Shown here: positions 1 to 8,231 of the stretch, piece by piece
Position numbering within the stretch: position 1 is the stretch's first letter
Layout: every line of letters begins with the position of its first letter
Source of the DNA: Gemmatimonadales bacterium
Lineage (GTDB): Bacteria > Gemmatimonadota > Gemmatimonadetes > Gemmatimonadales > GWC2-71-9
Assembly (NCBI GenBank): GCA_050733215.1
Contig: JBOHSN010000007.1
Coordinates: 3,034 to 67,033 of the forward strand
Direction: 5' to 3'
DNA: 64,000 nt
Position numbers and translations under genes: made by a program
Notes under the pieces: generated by a model
The model's database searches: none
What the model saw: the letters and a program-made list of their open reading frames with translations, nothing else
What the model was told of the DNA's origin: nothing

Positions 1-1
1 T

Positions 2-1465
2 GCATCGATTCGGGGACTCTACGTCAAGCCGAGGAGTGACTACTGGAGTCGCTGGGTCCCCGAACCGGCGCTGGATCCGAACCAGCCCAACCTGGTCTCG
101 CTCACCCCTCTGGATGAGACTTACCCCAATTTTCCCAACCAGGAAGTGGTCGGCTGGGGACTCAGGGCCATGCGGCTGGATCAGTTGCCGACGCAATACC
201 GAGGGCACGGGGTTCGCGTGGCCGTCGTGGACTCCGGCGTCGCCAAGGGTCACCCGGATCTTCAACCCGTGGTGAAGGGGGGGTATGACACGACCACGCA
301 GAGTCCCGACACTTGGGAGCAAGACGAGATCGGCCATGGATCGCACTGCGCCGGCATCATCGCCGGGTATGAGGACGGCAAGGGGATTCGGGGCATTGCA
401 CCCGGCGCAGAGGTGTTCGCGATCAAGGTCTTTCCGGGCGGCCGGCTCAGCAATCTGATCGACGCCCTGAACCGCTGCGTGGAGCTTCAGGTCGATCTGG
501 TGAACCTCAGCCTCGGCAGCGACCAGCCGTCCGAGCTCTTAGAGGAGAAGGTCCGGCAAATGAAGGAGCTGGGAATCGCCTGCATAGTCGCAGCCGGCAG
601 CTCGGGTGGCCCAGTGCAGTACCCAGCCTCGTCGCCGCATGTCCTGGCCGTGGCGGCAGTCGGGAAGCTGGGAGAGTTTCCGGCGGACAGCTATCACGCG
701 GTAGAAGTCTGGGAGGGCTCACCTGACGGCTCCGAGGAGTACTTCTCGGCCAGGTTCACCTGCTCGGGTCCGGAGATCGACGTGTGTGCTCCTGGAGTCG
801 CCATTCTCTCATGCGTCCCGCCCAACACGTACGGTGTCTGGGATGGCACGTCGCTGGCAGCTCCGCATGTAACCGGTTTGGCTGCCCTGGTGCTGGCCGA
901 TCATCCCGATTTTCAAGGGCCCTTCAGGGTGCGGAACGCCACCCGGGTCGAGCGGCTCTTCCAGATCCTTCGCCAGTCGGCTCGCCCCCTCAACCTTGGC
1001 GACCCGAACCGGACGGGTGCTGGAATGCCGGACGCGGTCAACGCGCTCCTGCTCCCCCAGCCCGAACGAGAGGTCGGGCGGCCCGACGAGCTGCTCCAGA
1101 GATTGCTGGCCATCTTGGAGGGGAGTCAGGCTCCGCCGGCAGACCGCGCGGCGGTGCTCCAACAGGTTCTCATGGCGCTCCAGCAAGCGGGGACCACCCC
1201 GATGCCGGCAGGAGCTCCCGTGCGAGGAGTGGACCTCCGTCTCGCGCTCAAACAGCTCCGAGCGGCGATGCAGCAGGCTGGTCTGCTCCCGAGTAAGGGC
1301 AGACGTGCCGCACTGTACGCAATGCAACACGCGCGTGCTGGGGGGCAGGCGGGCGCGCCGCAGCGGCCGGGGGGAGCACCGGCCGCCGCTGGGAGCTCTG
1401 CGCCTGGGAACGGTTGGCCGATGCGCCAGCTGACGGAGACGATGCACCAGGCCGGGCTGCTCTAG
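2..1465 (+). CDS. Subtilisin-like serine peptidase (S8 family), 5'-partial
   Basis: Reading frame is open back to the window start. Catalytic triad motifs VAVVDSGV, HGSHCAGIIAG and GTSLAAPHVTGLAAL. Ala/Gln-rich C-terminal tail. Confidence 0.9.
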   Translation, partial: ASIRGLYVKPRSDYWSRWVPEPALDPNQPNLVSLTPLDETYPNFPNQEVVGWGLRAMRLDQLPTQYRGHGVRVAVVDSGVAKGHPDLQPVVKGGYDTTTQSPDTWEQDEIGHGSHCAGIIAGYEDGKGIRGIAPGAEVFAIKVFPGGRLSNLIDALNRCVELQVDLVNLSLGSDQPSELLEEKVRQMKELGIACIVAAGSSGGPVQYPASSPHVLAVAAVGKLGEFPADSYHAVEVWEGSPDGSEEYFSARFTCSGPEIDVCAPGVAILSCVPPNTYGVWDGTSLAAPHVTGLAALVLADHPDFQGPFRVRNATRVERLFQILRQSARPLNLGDPNRTGAGMPDAVNALLLPQPEREVGRPDELLQRLLAILEGSQAPPADRAAVLQQVLMALQQAGTTPMPAGAPVRGVDLRLALKQLRAAMQQAGLLPSKGRRAALYAMQHARAGGQAGAPQRPGGAPAAAGSSAPGNGWPMRQLTETMHQAGLL

Positions 1466-1474
1466 ATCGCCGGA

Positions 1475-1512
1475 GGCGGCTCGCGACCCGGAGCGCGGGC
1501 CGCCTTTCCTTC
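1475..1512 (+). terminator. Possible intrinsic terminator after the peptidase gene
   Basis: Imperfect GC-rich hairpin GGCGGCTCGCG...CGCGGGCCGCC followed by TTTCCTTCCC, 10 nt past the stop codon. Confidence 0.4.
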
Positions 1513-1639
1513 CCTATTCCATCGCGTGCCATCCCGATGCCCCGGCGTGCCATCCCGGACCTACTTCCTCTCCCGCACCGGCGGAGTTGGGGGCGTCGAC
1601 CGATGCTGCCGAAGCCGGCCGACCATCACGTTCTCGTCG

Positions 1640-1865
1640 CGCTGAAACCGGAGGCCACGCAGCGGCCAACGACGAGACCAACAAAAGGCCCACGGTTGTT
1701 CACGTGGGCATGCCCCTCCTGCGTGGCTTGTACCAGCACTCTCCTGATCCAGAGAGGCCATTCTAGCCCGCCGAATTCCGGCAATTTGTCACACTTACGC
1801 GAGTTCGTGTCCCCCGCTGCCGGAGTTTGTTGCTTACATGTTGGACTTTGCTGTGCGTCCGCCGC
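1640..1865 (-). repeat. tRNA-Gln-like repeat unit A: diverged core 1711-1754, hairpin+T-run 1688-1709, conserved arm 1755-~1865
   Basis: Core keeps CTCTGGATCAGGAGAGT and AGGAGGGGCA, but the T arm is degenerate. The low-coordinate flank (hairpin GCCCACG..CGTGGGC + TTTTGTTGG, then GGCCGCTGCGTGGCC) is shared with the copy at 47286-47347. The arm aligns with copies B and E. Confidence 0.7.
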
Positions 1866-1933
1866 TCAAATGCCGAGGTCTGATTGCATGTCAGTGCCCC
1901 GCGGCGATCGTTACCTCTGCGTGCGCCGAGCGC

Positions 1934-2932
1934 CTATTTACGAGTCCAGAGCGTGGCGTGCTGCCCACTCTCCCCCACGATCTCGCCGCGTGGGTTGATG
2001 CCCCAGGCTATGCAGCAGCTGCTGCCGCTCAGCGTACCCAGATCCGTCATGACGCCACTGACCCAGACGAACGGGTGCTGCTGCCCCTCGGTCGTTTCGC
2101 TATACCCCACGACCACCCCCGCGTGGTTGATGCCTGTGGCGATGCTGAAGCTGCCGCCCAGCGTGCCCAGATCGGTCATCACGCCCTTCGACCAAAGAAA
2201 GGCGTGGGACTGCCCTTTGGCTGTCAGGCTCTCGCCCACAACGTCTCCACGGGGGTTGATACCCCAGGCCCTACTGAAGCCGCCGCCTAGCGTGCCCAGA
2301 TCCGTAATGACCCCCTTCTCCCAAACAATGGCATGGGTCTCACCCACTGCCGTCTCGCTGGAGCCTGCGATCTGTCCTGCGGGATTGATGCTCGGTGCTC
2401 CCAGCGCCCCCAGATCGGTCATGACACCTTTCTGCCAGAGAAAGGTGTGTCCCGGGCCAGTCGGCGTCCCGCTAAAGCCCACCACCTGGCCCGCGGGGTT
2501 GATGTCATTTGCTTCACTGGAAGTCCCGCCGAGGGTGCCGAGGTCTATCATGACCCCTTCCGACCAGAGAAAGGCGTGGAGCAGCCCTCCGGCGGTGAGG
2601 CTCTGGCCGACGACGTCTCCCCGGGGGTTAATGCTCCAGGCTTCGCTGTCGCCGCCGCCGAGGGTGCCCAGGTCGATCATGGTCTCCTTCGACCAGAGAA
2701 AGGCGTGCCGCTGCCCGCCCGTGGTCTCGCTCCAGCCCACGATCACCCCAGCAGGGTTGATGCGTCGAGCGAGGCTGGAGCTACCGCCGAGCGTACCCAG
2801 GTCCACCGCGGTATACGCCCCGGCGGCCTTGGCGAGGGTCGGACTGCCGGGCTCGGTCGGGGTTGGCTCGGAGGAGGTGCACGCCAGTAGCGCCAGCGCC
2901 AGGCTGGCGGAGAGTCCAGTCCGTGATCGCAT
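1934..2932 (-). CDS. HAF-family extracellular repeat lipoprotein
   Basis: About seven ~42-aa tandem repeats (HAFLWskGVMtDLGTLGG...A.gINp.G.VVG.S). Lipoprotein-type signal MRSRTGLSASLALALLAC. A TTG at 2992 would add 20 aa. Confidence 0.85.
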   Translation of the reverse strand: MRSRTGLSASLALALLACTSSEPTPTEPGSPTLAKAAGAYTAVDLGTLGGSSSLARRINPAGVIVGWSETTGGQRHAFLWSKETMIDLGTLGGGDSEAWSINPRGDVVGQSLTAGGLLHAFLWSEGVMIDLGTLGGTSSEANDINPAGQVVGFSGTPTGPGHTFLWQKGVMTDLGALGAPSINPAGQIAGSSETAVGETHAIVWEKGVITDLGTLGGGFSRAWGINPRGDVVGESLTAKGQSHAFLWSKGVMTDLGTLGGSFSIATGINHAGVVVGYSETTEGQQHPFVWVSGVMTDLGTLSGSSCCIAWGINPRGEIVGESGQHATLWTRK

Positions 2933-3126
2933 GGGATCCCATTCCTGCCGATCCGCGAGCGGGCTCGGATCAGGCGATGGGAGGAACCCCAAACACGCCG
3001 CCCACGTGCGAGCCCTGAAAGGGGCTGCTGGGCTGCCGGCGTGACGAACCGCGACGATGCAAGGGGCCGCGTTGCATCTGCCGGCCCATCTTCAGTAATA
3101 TGACGACCGGCGTCGCAAATGTGGAT

Positions 3127-3312
3127 GGCGCCGCATCGGATTTGCCGATGCGGCGCTTTCAATTGCCCTCCTGGGCTCGAACCAGGACTCTCCTGATCCA
3201 GAGGGGCCACAGTAAGCAGCTGAATGCCAGCAACTTGCAATCATACACTCGAGCTCTTGTCACCCGCTGCTGGAGTTTTGCTGGTTTCATGCGGACTCTT
3301 GCTGTACCCCAA
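3127..3312 (-). repeat. tRNA-Gln-like repeat unit B: core 3164-3203, arm 3204-~3312, 12-bp perfect hairpin 3127-3156
   Basis: Core matches the consensus with a 1-nt deletion in the acceptor strand. The arm aligns with unit A over ~110 nt (e.g. GTCACCCGCTGCTGGAGTTTTGCTGG vs GTCCCCCGCTGCCGGAGTTTGTTGC). Confidence 0.75.
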
Positions 3313-3685
3313 AACGGCCGCTCGTGGACCAGGGGACAGTCGAGCGGCTCCTGGCCGTCGCCCCCGGGGTGCACGCGTTCCTCGCTGCGACGATCCACAT
3401 CACGGTGACCAGGCGCCGTCGGCGTGGCGCCATTTGCCAGCTCCAACCATAGCGATCTCGATTTCGAGCGGAAGCTAGATCCGCTGGCGGGCGGCGAGCG
3501 ACAAGGCGCGGAAGACCCGCGTGGTTTCGGCGAGCACATCCCGGCATCGGCGAGCAATATCTGTTTCCGCATCCGAGGCAGCAGCGCCGCCGGGGCGAGG
3601 CGGTGACGCCGCACCTCGCGTCGTACTGGCTCACGCGGGCCTACCTTCGCTCCCTCCGAGGTTGCTGTCCAACGTGCAACGCCGG

Positions 3686-4882
3686 TCAGGCGGTATTCTC
3701 CCGCACCACCTCTCCCACAAGCCCCATCGCATCCCGCAGCTGGCGGTCCGACAGGTAAGGTGCAGGACCGAGCCGGAGGACCTCACCGCGGGCATCGGTC
3801 CAGACCCCACGTGCATGGAGGCTCCGCACCAGAGCGGCCGCGACCGGGGATCGGAGCGCGAGGAAACCGCCAACCTCGTCGAGCGGGCAGGCACGGTCGC
3901 GGCTCAGGATCGCGGGGTCGAGATCCAGCGCGTCGAACGTCGAGGCGAGCAGCCCGATTTGATGCTGGCTCACCTCCCGCAGGAGCTGAGGCGTGAGCCC
4001 ACGCTCACGGAAGAAGTCGAACACCCGGGCGGCGCGGTAATGGCTGGTCGGATCGTAGGTAGCGCCGGCGAACCGGTCGCCTCCCTGTCCATAGGCTACT
4101 CGCTCCGCGCGCTGCCGATCGGTCAGGACGGTGAACTCGCTGAACCACCCCGTCACCACCGGCCGAAGGCCAGTGTCCGGCGGGAACCTCAGAAAGCAGT
4201 TTCCCTCTCCCAGCTGGCAGTACTTGTACCCGCCGCCCACGACGAAGGCGTCGCCCAGTCCCTCGTCGGCGAGCGAGAACGGCACGACGTTGAGCGCGTG
4301 ATAGGCATCCACCAGCAGCCGGCTCCCGTGGCGCCGGCAACTCGCCGCCACGTCGGCAAGCCCCCGGGCAATGCGCCCGGTGTCGAAGAAAACGGCTGAG
4401 ACGAGTACCAGGGCCGTGCGATCGTCCACCGCGTGGCTGAGTCGGGTCGCCAGCGATTCGAGCGGAGCCTCGGGAACACGGACTATGGTGAAACCCTCCT
4501 CCTCGAGGCGGTCGAGCTGCCGGCGGATGCTGTGGAATTCGCCGTCGGTAGTGAGCAACCGGGGGCGCGTCTTTAGCGGCAGGGCGGAGAGGAGGCGGAC
4601 CACCAGCTCGTGGGTGTTCGCCCCCAGCGCGACCGAGCCTCCCGCGTCTCCGAGCAGCCTGGCGAATCCCTCGCGGACCTGCTCCGCCTGAGCGAACGCA
4701 TGCTCCCACTTGTCGTCCACGTAGCGCGCCGCGTCCAGCCAAGCTCCCATATGGCCGTCGAAGCCACAGTCCGGCCAGGCCTGGTGGGAGTGCCCGGTGA
4801 GCAGGAGGCGCTCGGATACCCCGAATCGGGAATAGTCGGGCGCGAGGGCGTTGGGGAAGCCGTAGAGGGACCCGGGATGCAT
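3686..4882 (-). CDS. kynU: Kynureninase-like PLP-dependent hydrolase (aminotransferase class V fold)
   Basis: 398-aa ORF with kynureninase-like layout (LTGHSHQAWPD..., GGGYKYCQLGEGNCFL). Lies directly downstream of a tryptophan 2,3-dioxygenase gene. Confidence 0.8.
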   Translation of the reverse strand: MHPGSLYGFPNALAPDYSRFGVSERLLLTGHSHQAWPDCGFDGHMGAWLDAARYVDDKWEHAFAQAEQVREGFARLLGDAGGSVALGANTHELVVRLLSALPLKTRPRLLTTDGEFHSIRRQLDRLEEEGFTIVRVPEAPLESLATRLSHAVDDRTALVLVSAVFFDTGRIARGLADVAASCRRHGSRLLVDAYHALNVVPFSLADEGLGDAFVVGGGYKYCQLGEGNCFLRFPPDTGLRPVVTGWFSEFTVLTDRQRAERVAYGQGGDRFAGATYDPTSHYRAARVFDFFRERGLTPQLLREVSQHQIGLLASTFDALDLDPAILSRDRACPLDEVGGFLALRSPVAAALVRSLHARGVWTDARGEVLRLGPAPYLSDRQLRDAMGLVGEVVRENTA

Positions 4883-4884
4883 AA

Positions 4885-5040
4885 CTATCGGCTATCCGCT
4901 ATCCGCTATCCGCTATTCGGCTATCCGCTATCGGCTATCCGCTATCCGCTCTGGCCGCGGTCATCCCGGGACGGCCGCGGGCACCGAGCGACGGCGGTGA
5001 GAGCGGATAGCGGATAGCCGATAGCGGATAGCGGATAGCC
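4885..5040. repeat. Inverted arrays of a 7-bp tandem repeat (GCTATCC / GGATAGC) forming a ~40-bp-stem hairpin
   Basis: Left array has ~9 units (4885-4951). Right array has ~6 units in inverse orientation (5000-5040). The ~50-nt GC-rich loop contains GGCCGCGG twice. The structure fills the whole kynA-kynU intergenic space. Confidence 0.9.
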
Positions 5041-5042
5041 CA

Positions 5043-5822
5043 TTAAAGCTCCGTCCGGATCGCCCAGAGGTCCGGAAACAGCGGCTGGTTCAGCGTGGCG
5101 AGCAAATAGTCCGCCCCCGCGCTTCCCCCGGTGCCGCGGCGGGTCCCGATCGTACGCTGCACCATCTTCACGTGCCGGTAGCGCCACTCCATGAGCCCTT
5201 CATCGAGATCCACCAGCCGCTCGCACAGTTCAGCCAACGCCGGTTGGGTGCGGTACACTGCGATCAGCACCTCTCGGAGGGCGGAAGAGGACTCCACCCG
5301 CCGGGTGACATCCCGCTCGAGGTCGGTCCGGGGCACCGGGACGCCGCTGGCGGCCAGGTGGTGCAGGAAGGTATCCCACAGCGAGGCGGACTTCAGGCGG
5401 TGCTCCAACCGCCGGCGGGCCTCGCTGCCGACCGGGTAGCGCTCCAGCGCCTTCGGGTGCTTCCAGCCCAGCGCGAACTCGAGCTCTCGGAACTGAAACG
5501 ACTGGAATCCGCTCCCGGCCTCCAGCCGATCCCGGAACGACAGGAACTCGAGCGGAGTCATCGTCTCCAGGATGTCGAGCTGGGCGACCATCACCTTGAG
5601 GATGGTCAGGATGCGCTTCAGCGTCTGCCGCGCGCGGGCGCCGTCGTTGCGTGAGAGCAGCTCCTGGAGGTGGTCCAGCTCGTGAAGGACCTCCTTGAAC
5701 CAAAGCTCGTACACCTGATGGATCACGATGAAGAGCATCTCGTCGTGCTCCGGTCCCTCCGACAGGGGACACTGGAGCGCGAGCAGCTCATCGATTTTCA
5801 GGTACTCGGCGTACGAAGGCAT
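5043..5822 (-). CDS. kynA: Tryptophan 2,3-dioxygenase
   Basis: 259-aa ORF with typical bacterial TDO sequence: YAEYLKIDELL, FIVIHQVYELWFK, SGFQSFQFRELEF, WRYRHVKMVQRTIG. Confidence 0.9.
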   Translation of the reverse strand: MPSYAEYLKIDELLALQCPLSEGPEHDEMLFIVIHQVYELWFKEVLHELDHLQELLSRNDGARARQTLKRILTILKVMVAQLDILETMTPLEFLSFRDRLEAGSGFQSFQFRELEFALGWKHPKALERYPVGSEARRRLEHRLKSASLWDTFLHHLAASGVPVPRTDLERDVTRRVESSSALREVLIAVYRTQPALAELCERLVDLDEGLMEWRYRHVKMVQRTIGTRRGTGGSAGADYLLATLNQPLFPDLWAIRTEL

Positions 5823-5993
5823 CGTGAAGTCTCGGAATGGCTAGGGAGCTTCGGCGCTTCTGAGAGCGTAGCCTGTGCGGGGCGAGCACGGAAGGGGTTC
5901 CGGCGTGGGGCCGAATCATGCTTGCGAGACCGCACTTCCCTGTCGTATTCGTTCCCATCCCGCCGCACGCCTCCACCACAACCCGGCCGGTCG

Positions 5994-6986
5994 ATGCTGA
6001 ACTACATCTGGGCAGGTCTGATCATCTCCAGCTTCGTCTTCGCCCTGGGCTACGACGTCCGCGACATCACCGGGGACAGGTACCGGAACGGCCAGCCGCT
6101 CCCGGTGCAGCTGGCCTTCCCCGAGGGCTACGACCCCGCCGCCCGCCGCGTGCCGGTGGAGATCCGGATCGAGCCCCGTCAGTACGCGAGCTTCTACCGG
6201 ACGGAGCAGGTGCCCGCCGCGAGCTATCCCGGCTACCTGCTGCAGACGCAGGAAGCGACGCAGCTCCGCTTCGGCGCCGGCGCCAAGCTCCCCGAACCTC
6301 TCGCTACCATCGGCAAGGTCTCGCGCTCGCGCGACGAGGAGCTTCAGGGCCGGCTCGTCGGATTCAAGCCGGCGCCCGCCACGGCGACTGCCGGAGTGGT
6401 CTTCGAGCCGGTCCGGTTCGTGAAGCTGAACGCCATCGCCGACGCGGCGCTGAACTTCGCGAAGACCGGGGCGGAGATCGCACTCGGTCTCATCGGCGTG
6501 CTGGCCCTTTTCCTCGGCGTGCTCAAGATCGCCGAGGACTCGGGGATCGTCTTCGCGCTGGTGAAGCTGGTCCGGCCCATTCTGCGACCCCTGTTTCCCG
6601 GAGTGCCGCCCGACCATCCCGCGCTGGGGATGATCGCTCTCAACCTCACCGCCACCGTCTTCGGGCTGGGCAACGCGGCGACCCCCTTCGGCATCAAGGC
6701 CATGGAGGAGCTCCAGAAGCTGAATCCCTCGGAGGACACCGCCACCAATTCCATGGTCATGCTCCTGGCAATCAACACCGCCGGCATCCAGCTGGTCCCC
6801 CCGGTGCTCCTCCTGGCGCTCATGGGCACGCAGATCAACCCGCTCATCTTCCCGATTCTCACCACGACGTTGCTGGGGTTCATCGTCGCCATCGTGGCCG
6901 CCAGGCTGCTCGGCCGGCTCCCGGGCTATCGCGCGTCCGATCCCAACCGGAACCCGCCGCGGCAGCCCGCGGCCGTGGAGGCGTGA
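5994..6986 (+). CDS. spmA: Nucleoside-recognition-domain membrane protein (SpmA-like)
   Basis: ATG at 5994 (MLNYIWAGLIISSF...). Multi-pass membrane protein paired with a SpmB-like gene. The upstream part of track ORF 5670.. is antisense to kynA. Confidence 0.75.
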   Translation: MLNYIWAGLIISSFVFALGYDVRDITGDRYRNGQPLPVQLAFPEGYDPAARRVPVEIRIEPRQYASFYRTEQVPAASYPGYLLQTQEATQLRFGAGAKLPEPLATIGKVSRSRDEELQGRLVGFKPAPATATAGVVFEPVRFVKLNAIADAALNFAKTGAEIALGLIGVLALFLGVLKIAEDSGIVFALVKLVRPILRPLFPGVPPDHPALGMIALNLTATVFGLGNAATPFGIKAMEELQKLNPSEDTATNSMVMLLAINTAGIQLVPPVLLLALMGTQINPLIFPILTTTLLGFIVAIVAARLLGRLPGYRASDPNRNPPRQPAAVEA

Positions 6987-6993
6987 GGCCGCC

Positions 6994-7539
6994 ATGGACA
7001 CCGCGCGCAACGCCATCAGTCTCCTCTCCTACTTCGTCATCCCGGTCATCCTGGTGGGCTTCCCCCTCTACGGTCTCTACAAGCGGGTTCCGGTCTACGA
7101 GAGCTTCGTCGAGGGTGCCAAGGAGGGATTTCAGGTCGCCGTCCGCATCATCCCCTACCTCGTGGCGATCCTCTTCGCCATTGCGATGTTCCGCGCCAGC
7201 GGCGCCATGGAGGCCCTGACCCAGGCACTCGATCCGGTGCTGGGCCTGATCGGCTTCCCGGCCGAGCTGCTGCCGATGGCCATCATCCGCTCCCTCTCGG
7301 GCTCGGGCTCGGCGGCGCTGGTGGTGGACATGATCAACCAGTACGGCGAGGACTCGATCCTCGTGAAGATGGCCGCCGTGATGTACGGGTCCAGCGAGAC
7401 CACCTTCTACGTGATCGCGGTGTACTTCGGGGCGGTGAACATCAGGAAGACGCGCCACGCGGTGCCGGCGGGGCTCCTCGCGGACTTCGCCGCCATGGTC
7501 ATCGCAGTCTGGACGGTGCGGCTGCTGTTCCCCGGATGA
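6994..7539 (+). CDS. spmB: Nucleoside-recognition-domain membrane protein (SpmB-like)
   Basis: 181-aa hydrophobic ORF 8 nt after spmA. Motifs IIRSLSGSGSAA and YGSSETTFYVIAVYFG. Confidence 0.75.
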   Translation: MDTARNAISLLSYFVIPVILVGFPLYGLYKRVPVYESFVEGAKEGFQVAVRIIPYLVAILFAIAMFRASGAMEALTQALDPVLGLIGFPAELLPMAIIRSLSGSGSAALVVDMINQYGEDSILVKMAAVMYGSSETTFYVIAVYFGAVNIRKTRHAVPAGLLADFAAMVIAVWTVRLLFPG

Positions 7540-7731
7540 CGCTCGCCGCTCGACATGGCGACGGCCGTCGCCCCCGGAGAGCAGTTCGCAGGCGGGATAA
7601 GCCAGTGACGCGGCGATCGTCCAGGCGATCGGTCGGTACATGAGATCCTCGCGGTATGGTGCGTTACCGCGAGTATCGCTTCCCGGGAGCGGCTGTCAAA
7701 AAGGTGTGTCGGAAGTGACCCGATTGTTCGG

Positions 7732-8049
7732 CTACACCTCCAGCTTACGGATTCGGCGCGGCAGCCGAGCCTCTTCCAGCGCCAACCCTGCCCGGTCGCA
7801 CCGCGCGTCAACCAGGCACTCGAGCCGCTCGATCATCCCGTAGCCCAGCAGGACCGTGGCGTAGATGCCCAAACTGACGCCCGGATCACCCTGTTCGATC
7901 TTGTATAGAGTCGAACGCGAGATCGACGCGCGATCGGCCGCATACGCCATCGGCATCCGGCGCCGCCGCCGGAGATTCTTGAGGTCCGCGCCCAGCTTCG
8001 CGAGAGCTTGGGTGACGCGCGGCGGGAGTGGTGATCGCGCCTTTCTCAC
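7732..8049 (-). CDS. XRE-family HTH regulator (HipB/y4mF-like antitoxin type)
   Basis: HTH segment MAYAADRASISRSTLYKIEQG. GTG start overlaps the upstream ORF's stop (GTGA). No partner toxin gene downstream. Confidence 0.7.
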   Translation of the reverse strand: MRKARSPLPPRVTQALAKLGADLKNLRRRRRMPMAYAADRASISRSTLYKIEQGDPGVSLGIYATVLLGYGMIERLECLVDARCDRAGLALEEARLPRRIRKLEV

Positions 8050-8231
8050 GACCGTCTCGCAACTCGGCCGTTATCTCGCGTAAGGTGTGCAATAATGAAC
8101 TCGATGTGCTTGCCGCCTGGGAACGGGACAGGCACGCTCCCTGATCGTCGCCACGGTGCCAGTTTAGACCCCGCGCCCGCACCAGTCCAATCCAATTCCC
8201 GCAGCAGGTGCCGAATTTCCGAGGAGATCAT
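8046..8231 (-). CDS. Small hypothetical protein (61 aa), translationally coupled on both sides
   Basis: ATGA overlap with the upstream pseudogene's end and GTGA overlap with the XRE gene. No recognisable domain. Confidence 0.35.
   Translation of the reverse strand: MISSEIRHLLRELDWTGAGAGSKLAPWRRSGSVPVPFPGGKHIEFIIAHLTRDNGRVARRS

Noticed and set aside
1100-1465. Recurrent (L/M)QQAG(L/T)(L/T)P-like motif in the peptidase C-terminal tail
   Set aside because: There are only three short, loosely similar occurrences in an Ala/Gln-rich low-complexity tail. That is too weak to call a repeat domain.
1934-2932. The nucleotide-level tandem repeats in the HAF gene as a hypervariable or DGR-type target
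   Set aside because: The periodicity is explained by the ~42-aa protein repeat. There is no reverse transcriptase and no template-repeat copy nearby.
3164-3240. Intact tRNA (or tmRNA 3' domain) at the tRNA-like cores
   Set aside because: No copy has the 5' acceptor strand, a D arm or the 5' anticodon-stem strand. A 78-nt window at copy B pairs at only 4 of 7 acceptor positions. The acceptor lacks the G3:U70 and CCA context expected for tmRNA. I could not run tRNAscan-SE, so this rests on manual folding.
4885-5040. Possible CRISPR array
   Set aside because: The units are only 7 bp, directly abutting with no spacers, and arranged as two inverted blocks. No cas genes are present in the window.
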